Below the pieces are notes generated by a model. The model searched no databases and had not been told where the DNA came from. It worked only from the letters and a program-made list of their open reading frames with translations. Below, piece by piece: positions 1-13,336 of a DNA stretch of 64,000 nt. Numbering within the stretch: the first letter of the stretch is position 1; every line of letters begins with the position of its first letter. The position numbers were made by a program, and so were the translations under genes. Source of the DNA: Takakia lepidozioides (taxonomy: Eukaryota > Plantae > Bryophyta); assembly GCA_030704615.1 (NCBI GenBank), contig CM060732.1:47492001-47556000 (forward strand). The letters are read 5' to 3'.

Positions 1-770
1 CGTACGGTGACGAGGCCAAACAGGAAATTATGGAGTTTGTGCACTTCTTGAAGAATCCTAAAAAGTATCAAGAACTTGGTGCTAAAATCCCCAAGTGAGC
101 TCTCCTGGTTGGTCCACCTGGCACTGGCAAAACACTCCTTGCCAAGGGTACTACTGGTGAAGCAGGGGTTCCATTCCTCTCGATCAGTGGGTCAGATTTT
201 ATGGAAATCTTTGTAGGAGTGGGACCCTCACGCGTAAGAGACTTGTTTGCTCAAGCATGGCAGTCAAGTCCCAGTATTATCTTTATTGATGAAATTGATG
301 CATTTGGCCGCGCCAGAGGGAGGGGTGGGTTTGCAGGAGCCAGCGATGAGAGGGAGAGCACTCTTAATCAGCTACTAGTTGAAATGGATCATGGGTTTGG
401 AACAACTACTGGGGTGGTGGTCCTTGCTGGCACCAATAGGCCTGATATCCTGGACAAGGCACTGCTGCAACCAGGCTGTTTTGACCGTCAGATTTCAATT
501 GATCGCCCTGACATCAATGGTCGAGAACAGATCTTTAGAATCTATCTTTAAAAACTGAAGCTTGATCAGGACCCTGTTTACTACTCGGCGTTCGCAACGA
601 ATGGCAGCTTTGACCCTTGGATTTGCAGGAGCTCATGACATTGCTATTGTGTATGAGGCTACACTAATCTGTGCAAGGCATGAAGGGACTGTCATCACCA
701 TGGTGCATTTTGAGGCCGCGATTCATCCCCGATTGATCGAATCATTGGTGGCCCTAAGAAGAAGATGCGG
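1..770 (+). pseudogene. ftsH: FtsH (m-AAA, FtsH3/FtsH10-like) metalloprotease AAA-domain fragment, disrupted
   Basis: Reads [45 protein letters not shown]...IIFIDEIDA...[14 protein letters not shown]...[11 protein letters not shown] (Walker A/B and SRH). In-frame TGA at 96-98 replaces the Gly of PKG, TAA at 549-551, frameshifts follow, and no protease domain is visible. Confidence 0.9.
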
Positions 771-842
771 GTGGGTATTTCCTCTTGCATATTTTGTCTT
801 TTCATTGTAACGGGGAGTAGCAATACTCTCTCTCTCTCTCTT

Positions 843-1297
843 TAAACTCAGGGCGGGAAGCCTACCTTTGAACAACAAATAGAAGCAGAGAGGAAAGGGA
901 GGGTGCAATTGCCTGTTGTGTGGGCAACCTGCAGACAATATTCATATTCTGATTCATTGTCCGGGGTTCTCTCACCAGAGACATGCTCTCATCAAATCTA
1001 TCAAGGGAATTGTGCTTATACCTTGTTTACCAACTTTGAAAGTCTTGAGTCTGAGCCAAAAGCCCAAGCCTTTTTGGGGCCTAGTTATTGGACAAACCAC
1101 ACACACCAGGTTGATGCTTGTGTAAAGGGATTTCTAGAGGATATCTGGAAAACCCGGATCAATTGTTTATTCCAAGGTATTCTTACTACCCGCGTCAGCG
1201 CCTAACAAAGGTAGGTTCTATCCCTTTGTGTTTCGCTCAAGCTGGGCGCGGGGTCAATGGCCACAAGGCTACGGCAAAGAACGTCTTATAAGTACAT
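843..1297 (+). mobile_element. 5'-truncated non-LTR retrotransposon (ORF2 C-terminus and 3' end) flanked by (CT)n on both sides
   Basis: Encodes KLRAGSLPL...CLLCGQPADNIHILIHCP (CCHC knuckle), then ...VDACVKGFLEDIWKTR. Ends ATGGCCACAAGGCTACGGCAAAGAACGTCTTATAAGTACA before (CT)n 1298-1317; (CT)n also at 826-841. Homologous copies at ~17.4-17.75 kb, 23.28 kb and 30.6-30.8 kb. Confidence 0.7.
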
Positions 1298-3271
1298 TCT
1301 CTCTCTCTCTCTCTCTCCCCACACAAGCCTTCTCTTTTTTTCCCCAGAAAAGTGGTTAAATAATTGGCTTAAAAGTGGACACAAGGAGAAACAGCAATAT
1401 CTGAACAATCTAACGCCAAAAACTCTGGGCTCAATATCTACCAACGTGAAAGGGCAAAAACAAGTGACAACGAGATATACAAAACCATAGAGGTGCTGAA
1501 TGAAAATGGACAGCAAATGAATGTAGATTCCATACATTCAGGGGATCTTGTTGCCATCAAGTGCAACATCAAATATTGGATGAACTTCCGTCATAAAAAA
1601 CACGGACTTTCGTTCCAACGCAAAGGGGTCAAATTGTTGGCCCGAGCACCAAAGGACATAGAATCTAAAGACGATAAGTGGAGCAAAAACATAGTTTGGT
1701 AGCGTAACAAACACCTGCAAACCTTTGAAACCAAATATCAATATACATCTTTATCAAGACCATTCTTTTTATCAGTCTATCTCCTGATGAAGACACCAGC
1801 AGGAAAGTCGAGGGGGATGGTGCCTTCGATCACATCCAGCTCCACGCGTTTCCCCAATTCTGCTACAGGGCCGAAATTATCATGTGGCATCAACACCCGA
1901 AGACTTCACAAAGGGAAACAGGATCATGTTTCATTATGAGGCTACTATCAGAGCTGAATTATCAGGTTTAAATATTGGGCCGCGGAGATCTGTAGCTGTG
2001 AACTGTAGATAGAAAGATGAATTGTCGAGGCGCTGATCTTATGAGACTCCGGATCAAGAATCGGCCAGTGCCTGAGCTTCCCTCAACTAAAAATGTTGGC
2101 GCTCAACCTCAGAATAAATTGTTTGGTGGTATCATAGTTCAACGCTAAGGATTCCAATTAAGACGAGAGACCGATTGGCATACTATTAGAAATATAAACC
2201 CACTGGCGAATGAAAGAGAATTACATAACTTCATCCCTTGATCCCCCGAAAGTAATTGTACGGGTGGTACCTGCAAAATGCTACATTTTGTGGTATAGTC
2301 GGGCTTGTAGAGAGATTCCACGATCCAACTCATCACATGTTTTTCCGCGGCACTCGCAGCTTGCCAAGCTGACCTCCATGTCTTTCAAATCTTTCTGCGC
2401 TCCGTGACAAGTACTTATTAACACATGACACTAGCTGACGTCACCACGGAGGTTATGTTTCTCAAACCACAGAGCTACAGCTGATCATGTTGACCACCAC
2501 AATAAGTCTGCAGTGTGCAGTCAATGCACCGATTTCGACACAATAAAGTCAAACCTGGATAGTTGTTATGCTCCAAGAGTAGAAACTCTATAACAATTAG
2601 GCAGTTATATCAAATAACAGTAAAAACAGGTTGAAATTTCATAACGTAACAATTAGAAATTTAACATTAAAACAGGTCCTTCAAATGCAAGATAACATTT
2701 AGAGAGAGGGCAGAAAATACAACGTAATGTCTCTATGTCCACTATGTCCGTAATGTCCACTATCAAACTCAATCTCATCGCTGCTCTCATTGGTGTCGAC
2801 TGCGACCTCAGCGTTGCTCTCGGTGACCTAGTCGTTGCTCTGGGCGACCTCGTCGACCTCCTCGTTGTTCTCAAGATTTGATACTTCATCAAGTTGATTC
2901 TTAAATCTACAACTACATAACCAAACAAGGAGGATTCTAAATCTACTCGAGCACTTGCAATTCAACCTTTTGGTTCTCACTGCAAAATCTAGACCACTGT
3001 GGAACCTCAAATTTAATCTATAAATACAGTTTCTTGTTGGATTCTCAATCCACCTCATAACAAGACACTGCCCATACTTACAATGGTAGCATCGATGCTT
3101 CCTCTCTTCTTCAAACATACGCTCACAGTATCTCAGTAGCACTGAAGTGTCATCACATAGTGCTCAACCTACTATTCTCTGTTCTCGTAAACATTCGCAA
3201 TATCCTACCAGGAGGTTCTCGAGTTCCCTGGAGGCCCCACAAACCTTAACAGACTGCGATTAGGGTTCTCC

Positions 3272-3392
3272 TGGCCATTTCAATAGTTCAAATGCGCATC
3301 TCAATATTGAAATGGCCATTTCAATAGTTCAACTGCCCATCTCAATATTGAAACGCTCATTTCAATAGTTCAAATGCCCATTTCAAGAGTGA
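3272..3392. repeat. Minisatellite of alternating ~20/21-bp units (CCATTTCAATAGTTCAAATG-like)
   Basis: About six related units visible in tandem. Confidence 0.8.
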
Positions 3393-4833
3393 ATTTGAAT
3401 ACGAGTACCATCTTTATTTTGTTATTATTATTTTATTGAATGTAACAATTATAAAGGTGTCTTAACAAAGAGGACAGTAGGTATTCAATAACAAATAACA
3501 AATAACACTCTTCTTATCATTCTTAGTGTATATTTTTACAGAGTAAGAAAACCATAACATTTAGGATGATATAACAAAAAAAAGAGGTAACATTTATCCA
3601 GGTTTGACTCCTTACACTACTTTAATAGTGCATAACTGCTCGCTAGTTACTGATCAAAGCAACATGAGCGAGGACTTGTATGCATATCACTAACATGTGA
3701 CCTGAAAATATATTTCTTAATCATACATAGCAGTGGCTTTCTTGCGGTCTAGATAATTCTTCAAAACTACTTGGGCCCGGGTCGAGAAATCTTAATTATT
3801 AATGATCTAGATTCAAGATTTGATCCTGGAGGCCTTAGGTTTATGTACAATATATAGATGGTGTTCAAATGTGAGTGGCATATGTATGTCCTGGTTATGT
3901 GGGTTTTAAATTTAAGAAAATTTAATGAAGTTGCAATCTACTTCGAAGTTAATTGGCTAGCTAGGTCGTGAAGCTGGACAATCAAACACTGTAACTTCCA
4001 AATCATGAGTTATAAATTCGACACAGTTAGATTGTGTATCAAATTAAAGTAAAGACAATTCGAGCATATTCGAAGCAGAGAACTCGAAAAACAGATAAGG
4101 GCTAGCTTGTACCTTAGTTCTATGCCAAATCTGAGACTTTACAGTCTCGCTGATGTCACGGATTGGATCTAAGATGGTTGTAGCAACAGATCCATCCACA
4201 CCGATCTTAGTGCCCTCAGCACTGACTAGAGTCGGTGGCATTTGATAGTTTGCATTCGTCGTATAAGTACCAACGTCTAATGTAACATGTGACTCATCCC
4301 TCTGCTCTCTAAGCACAGGTTTCGGCTGTTGTAGAGCTCCACTTCCTGCACTCGCATGGGTGCAGTAACCCTCCGCAGCGTACCGGAGGGGCTACACGGG
4401 AAAGATCTTTTAGCACTGGAGAATATCAATCGGCTGGAGCGTGTTTTTTCTCTACTCAGCTGAGATAGGGGATGTGGCCCGAAGTCCATCATGCTTGGGT
4501 TTTTCTGTATTATGCATGGTCTCTGACCAAATAATGTAATCATTGCGGAGAAATTCAAACTACCACCCATGATCAGAGCAGCTTCCTTGATCATGTACAA
4601 GTAAGGAGTCGGGATGTAACTCGGTAAGGACCTCTAGCTGCAGTTTGGAAAGCCCTCCTTCCTAATTTCTCTACTACGTCTCAGTGCACTTGAAAGTGGA
4701 GGTTTTCTTGGCCGCCTTAAAGCAATTACACGTGATTCATTGGGTGAATCAAGTTGATTCTTGTCCGAATATACGGGTGCACGCCAATTGGCTGCAGATT
4801 ACACGGGTCCGGGCGGACCCGCCGGGTCAAAAC

Positions 4834-6027
4834 CAGTGTTGTGCGGGTAGTGCATTTTTAAGGAATCCGCCGGGTCCGGGTACTGGTATTTTCTTGGAGC
4901 CTAGACAGGGTCCGGATATGATCAGGGTTTTTGAAAATTGGAAAATTCGGGTCCGGTTCCGGTCCGGGTTTTTGAACACGGAGTTGGGTTAGGTGCTGGA
5001 AAAAAATGACAGGTTCATGGGTTTGGATCCAGGTCCTAATAAATTGATTAAATAATTCAGAAAGAATAGATTAATTAGAATTATTTTTTTCTGTCACATA
5101 TAAGTAAATAGATATCAGATAAATGTCATATTGTAATTTAAAATAATAATTTCTACATATATTTATATACTTATTTATTAAAAGTTAAAATCTGGACCCT
5201 GACTCGCTACACTGGCCCACGGGTAGCGGGTTAAGTTAATGGTTCTAACCTAACAGCCGGCTCCGGGTTCATTTCAGAAATGAGCTCCTGTCCGTGTTCC
5301 GGTTTTTTGTGATTACATGGGTCCGGGCGGACCCACCTGGTCAAAACCAGTGTTGGACTGGTATGTCCATTTATTAATACCAGACTGGTCCTGGTATGAA
5401 GGGTCCCACCCTTTTTTCATACCAGGCTGGTATAGGTGTCTATACAGGTATGAGCAACTTGGGTATGAATCTGGTATGAGTAGTTGTACTTTGGGCTGTA
5501 TATGAGTATGGTACTGGTATTGCCCTTTCTCTGTAGTGATATTGGGGGGGTATGAGCACTGGTATGGTATTTCTACAGCTCACCATACATAGAAATAAAT
5601 GTCATTTAGCACAGCTAATTTTAATCCAAGCCGTGAAACACTAGGCAAAGGTAACCCAAAGTAGCACGAAACAACAAATGAAGTCTAAATTGCAACATGG
5701 AGCCTTGAATTAACCAAATTGTAGTACAGGGTATAACTAGATGCACTAACATATACTCATACCTACCTCCATTCGCCATGAACTCACCGCAATACGCAAT
5801 ATTGGTATCGGGACCATGCTATTCCTCCATATACCCAGACTGGTATGGTATGTGTGCGGGGAATCCTAAAGCCATACTCCTCCAGTACGTGTATCATATG
5901 GGTACACTGGTTCGTTCATACCCGACTGGTATGTTCTTCAATATATATTCATACCTGTATTCCATACCTAGGTTAAACCAGGTATACCAGTCCAACACTG
6001 GTCAAAACCCGTACTCGCACAACACTG
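4834..6027. mobile_element. Outer hAT-like non-autonomous element (MITE)
   Basis: TIR CAGTGTTGTGCGGGTA (4834) pairs with TACTCGCACAACACTG (ends 6027); many CCGG/GGGTCCGG subterminal motifs; TSD not conserved. Confidence 0.6.
5348..6000. mobile_element. Inner hAT-like MITE with 17-bp TIRs and 8-bp TSD
   Basis: TIRs CAGTGTTGGACTGGTAT ... ATACCAGTCCAACACTG; perfect 8-bp TSD GTCAAAAC at 5340-5347 and 6001-6008; TGGTAT/ATACCA subterminal repeats. Confidence 0.85.
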
Positions 6028-6580
6028 CTGCAAACCTTGATATCGACAAAAAATCGATGACATCGGGGCCTCAGGCTGATCCATGATACTTAGTGCCACA
6101 CTTTAGGACAACAAAAAAAAACAAACGCACTGTTTTTAACTTTAGGTAAGATGTTCCTTTTTACCTTTGGACCATAGCGTGTGAAACTATAAAAATTCAC
6201 TGCTCTCGTGAGCATAAACAATGCAATAACAAAAAAAGAAAACACAAACAAAATTGGATGTCTAACAAGTTGTCCGAAATCGTCGGCATATGTCATTTTG
6301 TGCAACATAGTGGACCGAAAGAAGGTGGCAATAGCGCCCTCTTTGCAGAATCCGTAATACCGAACATCTTCTAATTAATTCAAAGACATCGATAGAGAAT
6401 GAAGGTCCCACATGGTATTGCATTGCCACATGAAAGTAACAATTACATGTTGGGTCATATGGGATGCATGCCAAAGTTGGCTAGGGAAGCTTCTAGATTG
6501 GAGGAGGTTCTAGAGGTGTGGCGAGGTCATTTAGGCAAGCTATTATAGCTAAAGATGGAGCTTGGGAAGAGAGGGAGGGT

Positions 6581-7700
6581 GACTACTGAAATTGGGGGGG
6601 TTTAACGACGCCCACGGCCCAGCGCGCGTGGAACCATGCGACGTCGGCTAATTAGTGACGCCCATAGGGTCACTCCAATTTAGAGCCTTGACAGCAGAAA
6701 ATCCCAAAATGACCAAGTCCTACGCTGCGATGCCTTAGGCGTCGCATTAGATAAAAGTTGAAAAATCCGTCAAACCAGCTGCGACGCACTGAGGGTCGCC
6801 CCTCGGTAGTGACGGCCTAGGCGTCGCTTCAAGCACCTCGGGGGAAAAATAAAAAACTGTCGTTTTTTAAATGCGACGACCTTTGGTCGTTTTTCAGATT
6901 TTTTTGTTTTTTTGTTTTTTTGAGTTTTTTCTAGTCATTTTTAGCCACGCCTAGCGACGCCCAGGGCGTCGCTTCAAGCAACCCCGGAAAAAAAAAAAAA
7001 AAAAAAATGTCGTTTTTTAATTGCAACGTTTTTTAATTAAATCATTTTTTTGTTTCTGCAGTAAAGGGTACAGGAAAAGCGACATCAGAGCCGTCGCTTA
7101 CATTTGAGCGACGCGAGAAGTGTTGCTTTGAGGTCCCGACGAGCAACCGATGTCTGCATGAAGTACCTTATGTACAATTAAATCCTACGTTTGTGTGTAA
7201 GTTTTGTAACTGATATGTTAGTTAGCGTGAAATGTCTTACTGTGTGTATAATCTAGAGGTCGTGAGTTCAAATTTGCGTAACAACACATTGAATGATTTA
7301 GGAACTTGATATGTGCCCGGCTACTTGTAAACACATGCTCATGGGTTAGGTTTGACATTAATTTGTAGTGACAAGTGTGTCCGCCATTTTTTGAACCATG
7401 TGGATTCCACCATTTTTCAAAATTAAAAAGAAAACTCAATAAGCAACCCCCCAGGGCGTCGCTGTTAATAACGACATGTGTTTTTTTTTCGTGTGCGTCG
7501 CAATGACTGGACGCTTGGGGCGTCGCCATAGCGATACAAAAAATAAGTAATAAAAAACGCTTTGAGGGGCCTGGTCGCGGGGTATTGCTTCAACCCCTGG
7601 GGTCGGTCTTAATCCCCTATTTAGCGACCCCTTCTTACCCACGCCTTACCGACGGCCGAGGGGTCGGTATCTGGGACTTGGCCGCGGCGCAGATTTTTTT
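6581..7700. mobile_element. Degenerate non-autonomous DNA element with GCGACGCC/GGCGTCGC subterminal repeats (CACTA-like)
   Basis: Begins GACTACTGAAA (CACTAC-like) and contains many (G)CGACGCC and GGCGTCGC motifs in both orientations; right end not resolved. Confidence 0.35.
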
Positions 7701-7844
7701 TTTCATTTTTCCACAATCGCAGGCATGGCGATATTTAGATTCTACCCAATGACAAATCTGGCTCCTGGTATTTTACCTTTGGCGCTTTCTGGCGATTTTC
7801 TTGATTTTTATTCCCATAATTCCTTAGTAAAAGTAGCTGACATT

Positions 7845-10800
7845 TTATTTATTTATTTTTTTGGTGGATTAACAGGGTTGGAGCCCTGGTTAACTTTATT
7901 CTGAAATATTTTTGGTGGGCGAGGCCCTTACATAGATGATTATTGGGAGGGAAAAAATTAAACCCTCTTATTACGCCATAAGGCACACACACCGTAGTCA
8001 GTGAATCGGAGCCTAACCACTCATGATGAGTAATAACGAACTGTCCGGCCTGAGGCCTTTTTGCGGAATGCTGCTAAGTGGTGGCGATCCCACCGGATTC
8101 GATAATGTGTGTTCCTCAAAACCATAGCTGCTAGAATAAAAAAGTAGCTACGGTTAGGCCTGCTTCAGCGGATTGCTTGCCCGACGGACTTAGCGGAAGC
8201 TGAGCCCGGAGGCCTTTGATGATTGCTTAACGTGCTTCCAGTTGATATCCATGTCAAACTCCGGCAAGGCTGTGGACGGTACCCGTGGCGTCTCTCTCAA
8301 GCCTTTGGGGCAATTTGTTCCAGTCGCAGCGATCCGGGTTGGGGCTGTTGCAGATAATCCCATTCCACCCCCAGGTCGCAATGAAGGTAGAGTGTAGCTG
8401 GGTAGCTTGTTGGTCCGATCGTGCTCTCTTGACATCTGCACATAGTCTTTTCCACGCTTTCTTGGCTTCAATTTGCATGTCCATGTAGATTTTTGCGAGG
8501 AGTGAGGAAGTTCTAGTTGTTTTTGCATTGAAAGTTTTTTCGCATCTTATTTTCCAGAGGTGCTAGAGCGTAGCGTTCCTAAGAGTATCGAAAACTGGGC
8601 AATGATTGGCTTTTGTTTTTGTTGTTGGGTCATAATTCAGCAGAATGGCCGCCGGGGTGAGATTTATGTGCCCCCAAGTTCTGTAGAAGCTTGCGACGAG
8701 GGGCCAGACTGCTGTCGGTCCGTGACAGTGGAGCAGGCAGTGCTGTACTGTTTCCATTAGGGCAGCCGAACAGCATTCCCCTAGAGGAGGGCAGCATCAA
8801 ATCCCAACCATTCCCCCACTTTTATTGTCATGTTTGCTATTTGCCAGAGAAACGTTGCTACCTTGGCTGGTCTTGTTTTGTTCCAGATTGTCCCCCAGAT
8901 GGAGTTCCAGTTTTCAATCTGGAAGTTCAGGTGACTCCATCTCTCGTTCCATTTACCCAATAAGGGCTGGGGGGACGTTCAGCATTGTCGAGTATGCTTT
9001 TTTGGTTATGTACTCAAAGAATGGCTTGGGGGATGGCCTGGAATTCCAATTCCACTCTTTGGGATCCATGTCCAGATCCTGTAGGGGTCTCCCACCAATC
9101 CAAACAAATGTTTGACTGGCCAGCCAGCTTATCAAGGAAGTGGTGAGCGGTGGGAGAGGGTTCATCTCCTTAGCTGGGGATGACCACCAACAGACCCTTA
9201 TGGGGGTGTGGGTGAAACGAGGGGTGGGTAGGGGTTGACGGTTTTGAAGGGTAAGCCTCATGGAGTTCACTTCCCAGTGAAAGTGATATCCGGAGAATTG
9301 GTAATCGGTTTTTTCGGTGACAAACAGAATGGTAATAGTGCCGTTGATTATTCCCAGCGTCCAGAAAGTGTCATTGGGCATTTATTGGACCTTTGATAAG
9401 GTTAGGTAGCCACAGTGCTGACACTGATCGGAGAATGGTATCGTATGACTTGGTGGCTTTGGCTGCACCTACGGAGGCTGCAATTTGATCTTTTGACCGA
9501 AAGCTGGCATTCGACCAGATGTGTTTGACCTTGTGAATTCCATTTACCTCCTAGGCAGACCATTTGCGAACCTGATTTTTGTGATCTGTATATGGGATAT
9601 TGGTATTGAGAAACAGGGATTGGCGGAGGGTTTCTTCGTATGATTCCGGGTCTGATTTTGTAAGATAGGGCCTGAGCTTGGCCCATGCCTGCCAGATTGC
9701 CGTCCACAGGGGGGATCCGACTTGTTTATGTTTGAAGATTTACCATCCATCTGTAAGAAGGGTTCCCAGATAACCGTCTTCGGCAGAGAGGCAATGTTGT
9801 CGCATACCAGGTGTTTCCATGCCCCTCCTTCTGGTCCCATAAATCTGGGGATCCATTTCGCTAGAAGTGCAGTAAACTGAGTTTGTGGGTCTAGAATGCC
9901 CAGTCCCCCTTTCTTCTTTGGTAGGCATATCTGCTTCCACGACACCTGTGGCCTTTTTTTCTCCGAGGGGTGCTTTGCCCCCAAGACAAAGTTGCTCATT
10001 TCATTCACTTGCATTTCGTTGGGCCTCCATGCTGAGGCGAAATACCATTGGCCAGCTGATAGGACCTGATTGGCTACCAGCACCCTACCAGTTAAAGACA
10101 AATGGTAGCTGCCCCAATGAGCCAGCTTGGTTTTAATTTTGGCTTGCGTTGCCTCCAAAATCTGTTGATCCGATAGATCTATGCCATACGTATAACCTAG
10201 CAAGGTTGTTGATTGCCCTGGTTTCAGCCATCTAAGACCTTTATCTTGTCCCCAAATTGGGTCAACTCCCAGAGTTGAGGCCGAGGTTTCTCCCACCAGA
10301 AGGGCACACGTTTTGCCCCAGTTAACCTTGAATCCAGAGGCCTAGCAGAATGCTTGCAGTAAGCTACTGGCATTATCTAGATTGGAGTGTGTGGCCTGCA
10401 AAACTAGGAACGTATCGTCTACGAACATGGATTCTTTAATTTGTTGCGGCTGTCTAGTGAAGTGATATGTAATATGAAGACCGGTGATGTGGTGGCTTGC
10501 CTCTATCGTATGGCCCAGCGTGTCTACTGCTATTATGAAGAGGAACGGGGACAGGGGGCACCCCTGGCGTACCAACCGGAGCATTGGAAATGACTTGGAT
10601 AGATGCCCGTTGAGGAGAGCCCTGCTGGACGAACCCATCAATAGTGTTTGAACCCTTGAGCAGAACTCCTGGGAAATTCCCACCCTGTGGAGTGCCCCGA
10701 GTAGGAAGGACCACTCTACTCTATCGAATACCTTTTCAAAGTCAAGAAGGAGCATTGCAATAGCCTAGTTGGTTTTTTTTGTAAAGACTGGAATTTCCTG

Positions 10801-11720
10801 GGCTAACAGCAAGTTATCTAGTATATATCTGCCCTTAATGAAGCCAGTTTGGCTGGGTCTAATGATAACTGGGAGGTGGGGCTGCAGGCGGATTGCCAAG
10901 GCTTTGGCAATTATCTTGTAGGCCACGTTCAACAGGGTTATGGGTCTATAATTTCCAATGTTTGTTCTGTCCCATTTCTTTAAAAAGAGGATGATGACCC
11001 CTTGTGATAGCTGGGGTGGCATGCTCCGAGTGAAAAAGATATGGTTAGCCATCTCCAAAAAATCTTGCGCTATGTGTGTCCACAATAATTTATAGAGCTC
11101 AGTCGGGATTCCATCAAGGCCCGGGATTTTACCGTATAAAGCTTGTCCAGTGCGTCCTGCAGCTCTATGTTTGTGAATTCATCATCTAGCGATTGGGCTT
11201 CCGAGGGATGCATCAGTTTAGGGGTGTGATCCAGGCTCTGAATCTGCTCTGGGGTTAGGGGTTGGAAGCTCGAATCGCTGTGAAACTGGCTCCTGAAGTG
11301 GCTGGCAGCCAATGCCGCCAGCTCCTTGGGAGTTTTTGCTGAGTGGCCGGAGATAGGGTCCTTGAGTTCCGCGATCGAGTGGGTCACTCTTTTCTGCCTG
11401 GCTTTATCAAAAAAATATTTGGTCATCTTCTCACCTTTTTTGACCAGTTTATACCAGCCTGGAGCCTAAACTTTTCTTCCTTGCGCGAGTGGAAGAGTTC
11501 CATATTCTTCTTTGCCTCCAGATACGTTTGGTAAGTAGGCTCGTCGCATCTAGGGGATTCCATTCTGGTTTGGCAAACAAGGGACCTAAATGATGACATG
11601 CGATCGTAGAATCTAACTCTTTTGTCGTATGGCAACAATGATTTAACCCATAGGAAGTTTTCAGGGGGGCTTTGGGCTTAGCCTTTTGATTTTGATCATG
11701 GCCACCAGAGGTAGCTCCGG
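7845..11720 (-). mobile_element. Decayed, 5'-truncated L1/Tx1-type LINE (ORF2: RT and C-terminal Cys/His knuckle)
   Basis: Minus-strand fragments NYRPITLLNVAYKIIAK, LDFEKVFDRVEW, RQGCPLSPFLF, MFVDDT, LPKKKGGLGI, ETVQHCLLHC, with many stops and frameshifts; A-rich (TAAA)n tail at ~7845-7862. The 5' limit is approximate. Confidence 0.9.
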
Positions 11721-11978
11721 TGAGTCCTCTTGCACTGGGTTGGGGTTTGAGCAAATGTTGCAATTGTGCATTGAAAAATGGCAAGCCTGGTCTTCCAGAT
11801 GTCATACGTTCTTGCCATCTGGAGCCTGAATGTTTAGTTCCACAGTCAAGGAGGAATTTATCCCGAGAATCACAGTATGAACTTATGATAGTGTTTTCAC
11901 GATTGGGTCATAATCACAAACCTCCTGCAAGTCAAGATATCCTTGAAACAGACGCTGTCGAAGTCTTGGCTAGAACTG

Positions 11979-12963
11979 CTAGACAGTACCAATTAGTGTG
12001 TAGAGAGTCCATTTGATAGTCCTGACAGACTGAAGCGAACCACCCCAAGCATCGGCAAACAGCATCTGTTGATGCTCGGTCCACACATCTCTCCCAGCAT
12101 CGATCGCTGTTTGTACTGCAGACCACGACCGCAAATGCGACAAGTACTCGGACAAGGATGCTTCTTTAGTGCACTCGAATTCGAAAGGCCCTGTGCTTTC
12201 CAGGTTGGAGCTGGCAACAGGTGCGAATGGGAAACAAATGGTTTTGTAGCCTTCCATCACGTAGTTTGTTTCAGGAGCCCATTCTTGAAAGATTTTCTCC
12301 GAGAAGGACTTCAAGACCGTGTCCACCGCGGGCGACACCGAGGGTGCCTTGTAGCACCATGCGGCGATTACTCCACCAGGATTGCGTAACACTTGTCGCA
12401 CGTGTTTGTAAAATCTTTCCAAATCAAACCAGTGCAAGGCTTGTGCACATATTACTAGATCCACGGTGCCATCGTCTCCTATGAGAGATCTCACCTGCTC
12501 TTCCGTCATGCGCTGGTCTGTGAGAGCGTAGGTGATGTTGCGACGCTGGACTGACTTAAGAAGCTGCTCCTTGCTCACGTCTGTTGCTATCACCTTCTCG
12601 TAATGCTCCGCCAACTGCACAAATTAGGCTTTCACAGCGTTACTTTGCTGTGTCTGCAACTGTCGGTTTCAGGCATCGAGCAAAAGCTACTGAACACGAG
12701 ATTAAAAACCGAAAGCTGGACAAGGGGTTCAACTGCTCCAGGATCGACCGCTTCCTTCCGGACCCAAATACTCAAAAGAGGTCTTCGAATGCGGACTAGT
12801 GTGCGTGCCATACCTCAGCAGCAGCCTGGCCATTTCCAGTCCCGACGTCCCATACCAGCGAGTGCGACGGCGTGAGTGACGCCAGGTAAGAAAACACGGA
12901 CTTTGGATAGATCGCCCTCCCGAGTGAGTACGCATCTACTTGCTTCACGAATAAGTTCGCCAT
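11979..12963 (-). CDS. SAM-dependent methyltransferase (Methyltransf_11 / embryo-abundant protein-like), 2 exons: 12963-12814, 12614-11979
   Basis: MANLFVKQVDAYSLGRAIYP...VWDVGTGNGQAAAE|LAEHYEKVIATDVS...VDLVICAQALHWFD...GGVIAAWCY; canonical GT-AG phase-0 intron; intact frame. Confidence 0.9.
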
Positions 12964-13336
12964 CCCTCCGCTCACCTTCTTCTCCGCCTGCACCTCCAGC
13001 CCACCATGTCCACCTTTACATCAAGCTCCCCCTCAGACTACCCCTTCAACCTTATGCGAAAATTACAAGAGTCTTAGCTGACTAGACATCCCCTGGCGGC
13101 ACTCAACCACAAGCACCCGACTTTGTGCACACACATGCATGGAAGTGTCTTCTTTATCATCGTCAGGCCTTGTCAGGCTTAGTTCTGTGTAGGGTAAGGG
13201 CCCCCGCAAGGGGCTTCCATGGCTTCACGCGTAGCGGAGTGACGAGGGCACTAGACCAGAATCCCCGGAGAGAAGGCCCTTTCCATGCGTGAAGTACCGT
13301 GGTGGTGGAGGTTGAAAGATTCTAAAGCACTTGCTA

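Noticed and set aside
96-551. Stops in FtsH as U-to-C RNA-editing sites
   Set aside because: Such editing is organellar, TGA here replaces Gly rather than Arg/Gln, and frameshifts are also present.
2653-3142. Cys-rich and acidic-repeat ORFs
   Set aside because: Driven by short 9- and 21-bp repeats and interrupted by stops; no family recognised.
4044-4600. Two overlapping minus-strand ORFs with coding-like, beta-rich composition
   Set aside because: No recognisable motif, start or splice structure; cannot be assigned without a search.
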